Assembly: GCF_006345805.1 (NCBI RefSeq)
Contig: NC_043003.1
Coordinates: 112,406,001 to 112,470,000, forward strand
From: Octopus sinensis
Taxonomy: Eukaryota
Reading direction: 5' to 3'
Length of the DNA: 64,000 nt
Below, in pieces: positions 39,350 through 50,938 of the stretch. Within the stretch, counting starts at the first letter, position 1. Every line of letters begins with the position of its first letter. The notes below the pieces were generated by a model. It did not search any database. It was not told the origin of the DNA and worked only from the letters and a program-made list of their open reading frames with translations. The translations under genes were made by a program, and so were the position numbers.

Positions 39350-40700
39350 TTGCTGCTGACCAAGGGTAGTCATTCGCATTCTTCAAATATGTTTCTGTGT
39401 CGTTTTTGTATTTCTTGGCATTATTACTTGCATGCGTTGTGTGTTTTGTTTTCGCATAAAATTGCTACTCTTCTTGTCTTCTTTCTATGTGTATATTTAT
39501 ACTGTGTATGCGGACTTGCTTTAGCAGTTGTATTATAGTGCAGTTGGCAAGAAGGGGAAATGTTCTTCTTTTAGTCTATTTGATTAGAGCCAGAGCAGGT
39601 CTCCAGGCTGGTAGCATAGGATAGGCTGGTGCAAGTAACTCTAACGTCGGTTACGTATAACTTGCGTATATAGGTTAATAATTGGCGGACGTTGTTTTGG
39701 TGTATCGTTTGGAGAAAAAATAAACAGTTTCTGGAAAGTTGTTATTGTAATGGAAACATACTTGGAGAACTTGCAGTTAGTTTCTTGGTAAACATTGCTT
39801 TTGTCACTTAAAGAGGTGTGGAGAAATTTTGTTCTATAATCGCAGAACATGTGACGTAGTGAAATACTCAATGTTATTTTAGATGGGTTTTATGTAGTAG
39901 AGTTTAACTGGTTTGTGTAAGGTTTTTGATTAGTGTATAATTGACGGTTGTGTTTGAACTCATGTTACATGTTAGAAAAACTAATTTGGTGAGAATATTG
40001 TTTCTTTGGGGAAAATATTGTTTTCTAAAAGGATTTTACGAGACGATATTGTGTCCGTTTTGTGTGGTTTAGTTTCAGTGCTTTTCAGCTTAGAGAATTG
40101 TTTTAAATTCATCTCATCTCTATGTTTTGAGGTTTTGAAATTGCTGGTAGTAATAGTTGAATATGTATTTTGTTTACATTACTTCATTCGAGGTTACGTG
40201 CTTTAGTAGGAAACTTCACGGTCCCTGTGGGTTTTTTTTAAAGGTTTATAACATATTTATTGCTTTTCGGGTATTTTATGGGAAACAGAATCAGCATCAT
40301 TGTCAAAGTGGTTAATGATTGTGTTAATGAATGTACGCGGGAAAATCTTTGATCTCAGATATAATTGATCAGGAACTCAACACCAAGAATAACACTTAAA
40401 GTTTAGTCTGTTATGTGAGCACTAACATCAACAGTAGAAACAACAATAAACAGGAAATCAAGAGTAGATGCTGGAATTATACATCTTGTTGAAAGTAGTT
40501 CCTCTGCATGTGTGCTAGCTTTGTGATGGCCTCGGTGTTGCATTCATTGAGATGTGATTGTGTTTTGATGATGACGGAAAGGAGGTGGTAAGTAGGTGTT
40601 ATGGAAATTAAATACTGTGTAGCTCTAAGCGTAGCTGGATGTATTATACTGTAATTGTAGCTGGCCAACAGATCTTCAAATTTCTGCGTCCAATATGTGT
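39350..40700 (-). mobile_element. Decayed Penelope-like element (linker plus GIY-YIG region)
   Basis: Minus pieces QYFPQRNNIL (cf. KHFPKxHKL), TTVNYT..KNL (cf. TVKVSYS..N) and HTSLSDK..FSKYVS (cf. HxTSF..LSKYVW). Confidence 0.45.
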
Positions 40701-41499
40701 CTTATCGAAATTGCAAACTAGAAATGCATAAATAAAACAAAAATTGTCATTATAGCCTCGAAGCACATTCGAGACGGTTCTGTTACCTTCAGCAAAACCA
40801 TTGACAGACTTTAAATCAATGTTACAATCCAACGAACAATTACGCCTTGCTCTTTCACTTTTCTCTCGTAAACGGTATTGCATGCCATAATCCTTTACAG
40901 CTACGGAAATAATAACGGAGAAAGGATATAAACTGGAGGAGTTTTCGGTCAGTGGTTCAACACTATGTTTACTCGACTATTTACAATTATACACCAATGC
41001 AATTACTGTTAATGTTATTGTAACTGCGATAATTGCAACGATATTATTCAATTAAATACACCAGATTTCCTTAGAAGCTAGAAACATGAGGAAACTAGTT
41101 ATAGATGATCTGAAAACATTGAATTCCAATTCTATACAAAAGAGATATTGGAAATGTATATTATTCTAACACTTTGTATGATAATGGTATTTGTTATTGT
41201 CATCGCATCGTTGAGTAAATGTTTAAAATCTTGTTAAAAAATGGAGTGTTTGTATACGCCCATTATATCTTTTTTTATGCATTTTCACTTGAATGATGTT
41301 TTATTCAATAAAGTCTATTCAAGTTTTCTAATCAACAATAATCGTCTTGTTTTGAAATGTTTTCGTTTGACGGGCTAATGGGAGTGTTTCCCTGATTAAA
41401 GAAGACATGATATTCTTTTTTTTTTATTTTTTCTATTAAACTGGCAATGTCTATTGTATTTAATATTCTATGACTAATATCTGAAGAAACACTATTTGC

Positions 41500-41545
41500 T
41501 ATATACATACATATATATATATATATATAAATATATATATATACC

Positions 41546-41593
<48 letters not shown>

Positions 41594-41629
41594 TATAAAT
41601 ATATATATATATATTATATATATATATAT

Positions 41630-41716
<87 letters not shown>

Positions 41717-41755
41717 TATATATATATTATATATATATAAATATATGTATGTATA
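41500..41755. repeat. (TA)n microsatellite
   Basis: Direct reading. Confidence 0.95.
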
Positions 41756-41884
41756 CAAACATATTCACATATTCAGACACAAACTCGGACAACACAAACG
41801 AACACGCACATATACATGTATATGCGGTCTGTGTGTCTGTGTCTGTGCATTTATATATATATAAATATATATATATACATATAT

Positions 41885-42170
41885 GAGGGCACATGGTTTA
41901 GTGGTAAGGGTATAGTACTCACGATCTAGCGATCGTTATTTCAATTCCTAGAACGGGTTTTACTTTGTGTTCTTCAGCAAGAAAATTCATCTTGTGTTGC
42001 GCTACGATCACTCCGCATGGCATACCGTGCACCTGCCCAGATATTGGCGATTTGAGGGAGAGAGTGAGCTAATGGTTAGTAAAACATTTGATCACGGTGA
42101 GCAAATCATATGTGCCGGTTGTTCGGCAAAACCTGAACGTTCATACGTAGTCTTCCACGGTAGAGTCCAC
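41885..42170 (+). mobile_element. Degraded tRNA-derived SINE
   Basis: A-box-like TGGTTTAGTGGT, degenerate B box, then TGTGTTCTTCAGCAAG central domain as in the 47353 copy. Confidence 0.55.
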
Positions 42171-42849
42171 CCTCGTTACACAGCTACCAACGGGAGCATG
42201 ACGAATTGGCGGTTTAATGAGTGTGGTGCTAAATTGAGGGAGGCGTTTTGCAGTAGTTATAATGCCAATCATATAGTAAATTTTGTCATGAGAGTAGTGT
42301 AGCTACCTTTTGGAAAGTGAAGGATGGGCAAAACGAGATTTTTGATATAGAAACAAAATTTTCATTTAAAGCTTCAAATAAAATAAAAGGATAAATGTGG
42401 AATTTGAGAAGAGACGGGAAAAGAAGATATTGCTTTTCTTGTCCTTCTCCCCTCCTCTCTGCTAGTTAGGCCTCTGTTTTAACATCAATTATAATGTAAT
42501 ATGATTATCTTTTAGATTTTAGTTGAAATATTTTCAACAAATGTTTTATTGTTGAAGAAATTAAGTTTAATGATAAACGATAAAGAACGGAAATAATTTT
42601 TAAAATTTATTTTGTGAAAAAATCCAACATATTTTTTCGCTTATATTTCGAATTTTTAATAGTATTAATACGTTTTTATAATTTTTCAAAAGTAATAAAT
42701 CTTCAGTAGTCATATCTTCTGCTGGTATAGAATCACAAAGAAGATTCAGAGCTTTGCTTGTATCTTTAGTTGTGGGCCTGGGATTTGATTCGGGTTCCTC
42801 GTCACCACTTTGTTCTACCGATTTTACCTAATCAATAATTTCTTGATCG

Positions 42850-43837
42850 GTCATCTCAGCAAAAGTTTTTTCATTGTCGTCGAAGCTAATGGACACATCT
42901 GCAGTCATCACCAATGACGGGTCCCTATTAAGTTTAGTAGCAGTTTGTTTAATCAGTTCAGTTATTGGTATATTGACGTCGTCATCACTGTTTTCAACTT
43001 CTGTGTCTTTCCTCTCGGAGTTTTTGGGTGAGACCAGTGTAGTGCCCGCAGTTAGAAATAGCAGATGATGTCACAGAGTCGCAAGATGTTTTGATGTATC
43101 GAATAGCGTAGGTTAGGACGATGTTATAAGTACCATTTTCGTCTAGTTGAGTAATTATCTGGTCTAACAGATGCTGTTTGAAGTTAGATTGGAAGCTGTG
43201 AATTATTCCGGCGTCGAGCGGTTGTCGGTATCACGTTGTTGGCGGTGGGAGAAAATGACACTTCTACGTTGGTGAGTTTATCGGGTATGTTGTGTCCAGG
43301 GGCTTTATCCATTATCAGCAAAAGTTTTCGTCACTGAATTCGCATATTCTTATCAAGATATTTCAGCTGCTAAACGTAATTAAGTTCATCCAAGCTTTGT
43401 TACTGTAGTTGTAATGTACATAAAGTTTGTAGTTGAAATTCTTAAAACATTGGTGTTAGGATACTCTTCCAGTAACAAGAAGTTTTTCGTTGCCATCAGC
43501 ATTACATGCCAGTGTCACCGTAAGTCTTTCTTTTTGCTTTTTGATGCATTTGGTAAATTGTTTTTGTTGTAAGCAATTTATGAGTTAATTGGCGAAAGAA
43601 TAAGTTTGATTCGTCGATATTAAAATATTTCTTGATTCACATTTCTTCATTTTCTCTTTAGTTCGCTGTAAACAAGCAGTGAGGAGTTAATGATCTGTTC
43701 CAGCACTTTCACCAGAAAGAATCTGACATTTAATTGAGTATCTCTGCTTAAATCTATGAAGCCAACCATTGAAGTAACTGAAGGTTCCAACAGGCTTGTG
43801 CTTCCAGAAAAGTGCAATCTATCAACGTTGTATTCTC
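42850..43837 (-). mobile_element. Decayed pogo/Tigger transposase (CENP-B HTH through DDE_1 domain)
   Basis: GWLHRFKQRY, IFNIDESNLFF, KERLTVTLACNADG.EKL, KAWM, LLIMDKAPGH, QPLDAGIIHSF across frameshifts. Confidence 0.85.
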
Positions 43838-44035
43838 TGGCACAAATATTAGCACGCCGAACGAAATGCTTAGTGGTATTTCGTCTGCCGCTACGCTCTG
43901 AGTTCAAATTCCGTGAGATCAACTTTGCCTTTCATCCTTTTGGGCTCGATTAAATAAGTAACAGTTGCCTACTGGGGTCGATCTAAACGACTGCCCCCCT
44001 CCCAAAAATTTCGGGCCTTTTGTCTAGATCAGAAA
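43838..44035 (+). mobile_element. tRNA-derived SINE, tail type C (..TTTCGGGCCTTTTGTCTAGATCAGAAAAGA)
   Basis: Head and body as in the 2061 copy; different tail; no TSD seen. Confidence 0.8.
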
Positions 44036-44039
44036 AGAT

Positions 44040-44545
44040 ACTTGCTCTGAGGTGTATCCCCTTTCAGTAATCATTTTCTTCACTTGCTCAATATAATTCG
44101 TAGTAGCCCCTGCATCAGATCTTGCAATTTCCCCAGAAATCTTTGTTGTAAAAATGCAGGTGCTTCTTAAACCTAGCCTCATTAACAAGCCAAAAAGAGT
44201 ATTTCACTTGAAGTTTTACCTTCTTTTGGCAAGTCATCATATAAAATGTTGGCTCTTGTTTGAATTAACATCATGTTTATCGGCACATTACGCCAGTTCT
44301 AAACATCGTGTCGGCGTATTCCACGCATTAACATACATCTATGGAAGAATAAGGTCCGAACAGTTAACGAAATAGCTTCTTAATCACTTGGCATGGTTTT
44401 CTCTATGTTGTCATGTATTGTTCCCTCTGTAGACGTTGCAAGATGTAATGTTTTGAAATATTTGTTTAACTCGGCGTTTGTTTTTTCTTCAAAACATGAA
44501 GTTTAATATCCAGTGTAATCACTTTACGATTTCTGTCAGCACTCC
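44040..44545 (-). mobile_element. N-terminal half of a second, Tigger1-like transposase
   Basis: RKVITLDIKLHVLK (N-terminal HTH), NVPINMMLIQTRA, RFKK..KISGE, ITERGYTSEQV. Confidence 0.7.
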
Positions 44546-44572
44546 CGTCTTCAGGTCTCCTCGCTGTTTATG

Positions 44573-44624
<52 letters not shown>

Positions 44625-44709
44625 ATATATATATATATTTATATATATATAAGTTCAGTATTAGAGAAAACACCAAAAGATACGTGGATAGACTATACTT
44701 CCCATGCAA

Positions 44710-45250
44710 GATAGTGATCTCAAATCTATAATGGTGTTATATGAAGCACGCATCGTGCCACTGGAACAGTATTGCAGCAGAGGAAAGAGACAAATAAATA
44801 TCTTGCTCAAATTTGTGACCATGAAATGAACAACATAGTTTTAGGATATCTAATTATCTTGGGGAGAAGTATGAACTAAGAACTGATACAGATCGTTCAT
44901 CAAGGAGCATTGGTAAATTCTATTTATCAAAAGAACAAAATCAAAAATGGATAAGTTCATGGAAAAGTAGGTACTTGGGTACATGGCATGAAACGCATAA
45001 ACTATAGAAGGAATTGACCATATAGAAGGAAATTACCATATTATGGAGTGCCGACAATTTATGATACTACGCTTGGAAGGTTACCTCCATGCAGTTCCAG
45101 AACAAAAGACCTATACAGGTACTACATCATAAAGGACCTAAAGCATTGACAGACTACAGATGTAGGTTACGTAAAACTAAGACTGAAAACATCAGAAATG
45201 TTATTGTCAACTCTGAATGAATGTCTTCAAGAAATTATCTTCGCAAGAAG
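44710..45250 (+). mobile_element. R4/NeSL-type LINE fragment (post-RT region and CCHC knuckle)
   Basis: YEARIVPL, LEGYLHAV.EQ and TDYRCRLxKTKTENI across frameshifts. Confidence 0.6.
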
Positions 45251-45299
45251 TATGGTGTGGTTGTTAGAAGCGTCTGGAATGGGAACGGCCTGATCGTAA

Positions 45300-45510
45300 A
45301 GCTTACGGGCAAATGGCGGAGCACTCCACACACACACACGTACCCTTAGCGTAGTTCGCAGGGAGATTCAGCGTGATACAGAATGTGACAAGGCTGGCTC
45401 TTTAAAATATAACCACTTCTCATTTTTGCCAGCTGAGTGGCCTGGAGCAACGTGAAATAAAGGGATTTGCTTAAGAACACAATACGCAGGCGGGAATTTA
45501 ACTCATGAGC
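45300..45510 (-). mobile_element. Degraded SINE related to the 59195 and 47353 families
   Basis: CCCTTAGCGTAGTTCGCAGGGAGATTCAGCGTGA is the reverse complement of the 59430-59465 motif; CAGCTGAGTGGCCTGGAGCAACGTGAAATAAAG central domain. Confidence 0.6.
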
Positions 45511-46029
45511 GTACATTTGTGAGCTGAATACCCTAAACACGGGATAACAAAACAGAAAACACCAACAGATGAAACGCACTATATTGAGACTAATGAGGTC
45601 AACGGGTGTTAATTGAACTAAAAATTAAAACAGCCAACACAACCGGCCTGATATGCTTGTGGAACCACAAGGAAAATAATTACTTTTTCTTAGATATTTG
45701 TTAACCTATATGGCTAGAAAAAAGAAACAGAAGGGGAATATTTATGGATCGTTGTAAATAAATTTGAAAATACAGGACCCAAGATAAACTTTCAACTTTA
45801 TAACTATTATTATTGGAAGAAAACATGTCTGGAACAAAGTATGGCTGAACTAGGGATCTTGAGGAGAGAATGCATCACCTCCATTCATAGACTACATAGA
45901 CCACGATATCAGATTTATTAAGATTTAAAGGACGATGAATAAAACAAGCTGTTTTCTTTTAAACCTTACTTTCAAGCAAAATTAACTCAAAACTAACTCG
46001 AAATCCAAACAAGAAACTTACCTAACTAC

Positions 46030-46170
46030 CTACTAACCTACCTACCTACATACACACACACATACATACATACATACATACATACATACATACATACATA
46101 CATACATACATACATACATACATACATACATACATACATACATACATACTACGTACGTACGTACGTACGT
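46030..46170. repeat. (CCTA)n/(TACA)n/(GTAC)n microsatellite
   Basis: Direct reading. Confidence 0.9.
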
Positions 46171-46916
46171 ACGAATATACTTATACTGAGAGAATAAGAG
46201 GTACTGTCTGACAGACAATCGAAAGGAGAGAGAGAATACAGGTACAATAGAGCTTTCACATATAGTGAAAGTGGAAAAACTTCAATGAAGTGAGATTATC
46301 AATAAAACTACTTATTCACAAGTGTAATATATTTCACTTCAATGATGTGCAAAATGCAAAAATGCAAGTGCAAAACACACACAGGCATGCAAACACACAC
46401 ACATATAGTAGAATCTTCAATTCTTCATTATCACTGGAATCCGTAGATAAAAACTTTCTAAAGAACCGTTCCAATCTAAAAGAAAAACAGTCGCGATAGC
46501 GCTTAAATATCAGCTAATCCAGGTATTTACAAAATGAAAATAATTCCTTTGCTGTGAAACAGAGCCTTTGTAACAAACTTTATAAAGACAACAAGCATGC
46601 GATCTGGTGCTACATATTTAGAAGCAATTGGTAATGCACAGAAAAGCGACAACAACACTTATTCACGGGTGTAATATACTTCACTTCAGTAACGTGCTTA
46701 ATACAAAAATGCAAGTGCATGCACACATGTGCACATTCACACACGCAAGCGCGAACGTACGCACACATACACACAAATATATATACAGAGTAGAGTCTTC
46801 ATTTCTCATATATATATATATATATATATTATATACAGAATATGCTTAAAGTATACATATCACACATAACTGTGAGCGACATTTGATATATATATATATA
46901 TATTATATATATATAG

Positions 46917-46948
<32 letters not shown>

Positions 46949-47001
46949 ATATATATATGTATGTGTCTATGTATATATCTATATCTATATATATACTTTT
47001 A

Positions 47002-47033
<32 letters not shown>

Positions 47034-47048
47034 ATATATATATATATA

Positions 47049-47346
47049 AGGGTAAAGACCCCCTTCGGTCATGAATGACCATGGGATTGCACCTAGAAAG
47101 TTACCCTCCTAGACACAAGTCCGAGCAAGGTTGTTTATGGAAGGCTATCAGTCGCCCATGCATACAAGCCTCCCCTCTCCACGCCACCAGTGTTATCCAA
47201 GGGAAAGACAAAGGGCGATACAGCTTGGCACCAGTGACGTCGCAACTCATTTCTACAGCTGAGTGAACTGGAGCAACGTGAAAATAAAGTGCTTTGCTCA
47301 AGAACACAACACGCAGCCCGGTCCGGGATTCGAGCTCACAACCTCA
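47049..47346 (-). mobile_element. tRNA-derived SINE lacking its 5' ~40 nt (left arm of inverted pair)
   Basis: Reverse complement of 47395-47693 at high identity. Confidence 0.9.
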
Positions 47347-47352
47347 CGTGTG

Positions 47353-47693
47353 AAGGCGCATGGCTCAGTGGTTAGAGCGTCGAGCTTACGATCATGAGGT
47401 TGTGAGCTCGAATCCCGGACCGGGCTGCGTGTTGTGTTCTCGAGCAAGGCACTTTATTTTCACGTTGCTCCAGTTCACTCAGCTGTAGAAATGAGTTGCG
47501 ACGTCTCTGGTACCAAGCTGTATCGACCTTTGTCTTTCCCTTGGATAACACTGGTGGCGTAGAGAGGGGAGGCTGGTATGCATGGGCGACTGCTGGCCTT
47601 CCATAAACAACCTTGCCCGGACTTGTATCTAGGAAGGTAACTTTCTAGGTGCAATCCCATGGGCATTCATGACCGAAGGGGGTCTTTACCCCT
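47353..47693 (+). mobile_element. Full-length tRNA-derived SINE (right arm of inverted pair)
   Basis: A box TGGCTCAGTGG, B-box-like GAGCTCGAATCC, central domain GAGCAAGGCACTTTATTTTCACGTTGCTCCAGTTCACTCAGCTG, tail GACCGAAGGGGGTCTTTACCC. Confidence 0.9.
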
Positions 47694-47736
47694 TTATATA
47701 TATATATATACATATATATATATAAGTATATATATA

Positions 47737-47781
<45 letters not shown>

Positions 47782-47819
47782 TACACACACACAGAGAAAG
47801 ATATATAGATAGATAGGCA

Positions 47820-47926
47820 GGTAGGTAGGTATATAATATATATATATATGTGTGTGTGTGTGTATATATATATTGAGAGAGAGGAATAGGTAGATACGTA
47901 GGTAGGTAGGTAGTTAGGTAAATAGG

Positions 47927-48022
<96 letters not shown>

Positions 48023-48050
48023 CAGACAGAGAGATAGATATCCTTTCAGA
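47820..48050. repeat. (TAGG)n/(GATA)n microsatellite
   Basis: Direct reading. Confidence 0.9.
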
Positions 48051-48452
48051 GAAATGAACTCGTGCTCTTGTAAGCATATTTTTTTAATCATAAAGTACAT
48101 TCTTGCTTGAAGGTTTGTTGAAACCTTTAGATAATTAGTCGCCTAAATATTAACACTTCAGTAAAGTTAATCAGATTATTTCTGCCTGTTGTATATTGGA
48201 TTTCCCCTCAAATTAAATATTCTTCATACTTGATATTAACTGCAAAGGATAAAAATACAATCAAATCAAATGCCAGCCTTTCTGCATGCATATATAACCA
48301 TATACTCACAATGGAGTTAGATTTCTTGGCATATTATGTAAGTTTAATTAAGAAAAATGAAATAAATAAATATATGGCAGATAGATAGATATATGGATAG
48401 ATAGAGAGACAGAGAGACAGTTAGATAGATATATATATATAGATAGATAGAC

Positions 48453-48504
<52 letters not shown>

Positions 48505-48506
48505 TT

Positions 48507-48537
<31 letters not shown>

Positions 48538-48575
48538 TAGATAGATAGATAGATAGATGGATGGATGAATAGATA

Positions 48576-49199
48576 GTTTCTTTATTAGCCACACAGGGCT
48601 GCACACAGATAGAACAAATTACAAGGTAGAGCTTTTCTTTGAAGGTTTAAAAAAAAAAAAAAAAAAAGGGAAGGGGGAGTTTCGATCAAAAGGGATCGTA
48701 AAAGGAGAGAAAGAGGACAAAAAAAAAAAAAAAAAAAAGGGGGGGGGGTTAAAAAAAAAAAATTAAAGGGGGAGAGGAAAAAAATTGATCAATAGGGATC
48801 GTTATCACAGAAATGTCAATATGAAGTGTAAAGGGGAGGACAGGTGAGGTTTACCCGTGGAAAGAAAAGCCTACGGAAAAGACCACGGTACCTCGGTCAA
48901 TGAAGTCACATTTTATATTTCTTTTTTTTTTTTTTTTTTTTTTTTTGCAAATAAGCAACTCTCTGTTTTCGATTTCTGGGTTCATAGGACTATGCTCAAG
49001 GTGGCTTCGTCATTCATACGGGCCATTCTTGCTACATTCACCCATCTTTTTTTAAAACATTCGCTAGACAAAACTTGCCTCTCTACTCTCACTTTCCTTT
49101 TCAAGTGATACTTGAAGAAGTTGATGAGAGATTGACCAGAGAGGAAAGTGTTTGTCTCCAATCCTTTCAGACGCGTCCACCAGATACATTCTTTCGCCA
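48576..49199 (-). mobile_element. Tx1 family copy 2 (624 bp, 5'-truncated) inside (GATA)n
   Basis: Near-identical to 15376-15990; encodes [35 protein letters not shown]; GATA repeats on both sides. Confidence 0.93.
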
Positions 49200-49228
49200 G
49201 ATAGATAGATAGATAGATAGATAGATAT

Positions 49229-49253
49229 GTTTCTTTATTAGCCACACAGGGCT
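49229..49253 (-). mobile_element. Tx1 family copy 3 (25-bp terminal fragment) inside (GATA)n
   Basis: GTTTCTTTATTAGCCACACAGGGCT is identical to the 3'-terminal 25 nt of copies 1 and 2. Confidence 0.8.
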
Positions 49254-49291
49254 AGATAGATAGATAGATAGATAGGTAGATAGATAGAGAG

Positions 49292-49397
<106 letters not shown>

Positions 49398-49830
49398 GTT
49401 TCTTTATTGGCCACACAGGGCTGCACACAGATGGGATAAGTTACAATGTAGAGCTTTTCTTTTGGGGGAGAAAAAAAAAGGTGGCGTAGGTTTTCGATCG
49501 AAGGGGATCGTAAAAGGGAAAAAAGAACATAAAGGAGAAAAAAAGAAGAAAAAAAAGGAAAAGCAAAAAAGAAGAAAGGGAAAAGGAACAAAATAAAAGA
49601 AAAATGAAAAAAGAAGAAAAAAGAGTAAAAAAGGGGAAGAGGAAAAAGAAACGATCAATAGGGAACGTGTATCACAGTGTCATGATGTATGGTGTAAAGG
49701 GGAAAGCAAGTTAGGTTTATCCGTGGGAAGAAAAGCCTACGAAAATGACCACGGTAACCTTGGCCAATATTGTTATATGTTACCACATTTGTTTGCAAGT
49801 GGGTAACCCTGTTTTCAATTCCTGGGTTCA
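49398..49830 (-). mobile_element. Tx1 family copy 4 (divergent subfamily, 3' UTR only) inside (GATA)n
   Basis: Collinear with 15376-15780 but diverged; GATA arrays at 49255-49397 and 49831-49936. Confidence 0.88.
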
Positions 49831-49936
<106 letters not shown>

Positions 49937-50327
49937 TTATTGATGGATAGAGAGTTAGATAGATAATCACACAGCTAAGCAAAAATTAGCCTCGGTAATC
50001 AAATACACATGTTTACATCGATTTATATATACATCTACATACACAAGTGATTATCAATGTGTGTTTCTATATTCATTTGTGTTAAATGTGCGTATGTTTG
50101 TGTGTAGAGGGGTGACTTTGTGTGTGTGTGTGTGTTTGTGTATGTTTGTGCATGTGTGTGCTTGTGTGTATGTGTGCTTCGACTTTCATGAATAACGACG
50201 GTGGGAATTCTCACGTACAAGAGATTATAATTATATTCATGTGTATATACATAACGATTGATAGAGATACATACATCCATACAAACGTATTTACACACAC
50301 ACACACATATATATACACACACTCATT

Positions 50328-50359
<32 letters not shown>

Positions 50360-50426
50360 TATATGTCTGTATGTATATATATATATATGTATATATATAT
50401 ATCTGTATAAATATAAATAATATGTT

Positions 50427-50497
<71 letters not shown>

Positions 50498-50668
50498 ATA
50501 AATATTAGGGAATAAATCCAAATTTACAGGGAAAAATCAGATTTAGGATTAAATCCAATTTTATAGTAAAATATTATAAAATATTATTAGAGACAAAACC
50601 ACTATTTTGCAAAACAAACAAGAAAGACTTAATCAATACATAAAATTTTAATAAATAGTCAAAAAACG

Positions 50669-50711
50669 CCACTACAATCGTTTCTTGTCTTGATCGACAA
50701 TCTTCAGGTGG
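50669..50711 (-). ncRNA. Second, identical hammerhead motif on the minus strand
   Basis: Exact reverse complement of 50784-50826. Confidence 0.7.
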
Positions 50712-50783
50712 ACTTCCAATAAGTCAGTTTCAAATTATGAAGTCATAATTATGACTTCATTTTGAAACTGACTTATTGGAAGT

Positions 50784-50826
50784 CCACCTGAAGATTGTCG
50801 ATCAAGACAAGAAACGATTGTAGTGG
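50784..50826 (+). ncRNA. Minimal type I hammerhead ribozyme motif
   Basis: CCAC-CUGAAGA-UUGUC-GAUCAA-GACAA-GAAAC-GAUU-GUA-GUGG: canonical CUGANGA and GAAA cores, stem I 4 bp, stem II 5 bp, stem III 2 bp, predicted cut after GUA (50822). Confidence 0.7.
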
Positions 50827-50938
50827 CGGTTTTTTTGACTATTTATTAAAATTTTATGTATTGATTAAGTCTTTCCTTGTTTGTTTTGCAAAATAGTGGT
50901 TTTGTCTCTAATAATATTTTATATATATATATATATAT

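Larger units (their letters stand above)
50575..50923. mobile_element. ~350-bp near-perfect palindrome: inverted Penelope pseudo-LTR pair in (TA)n
   Basis: Arms 50575-50748 and 50749-50923 are reverse complements with only small indels; centre ATGAAGTCATAA|TTATGACTTCAT; each arm holds a hammerhead motif. Confidence 0.8.
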
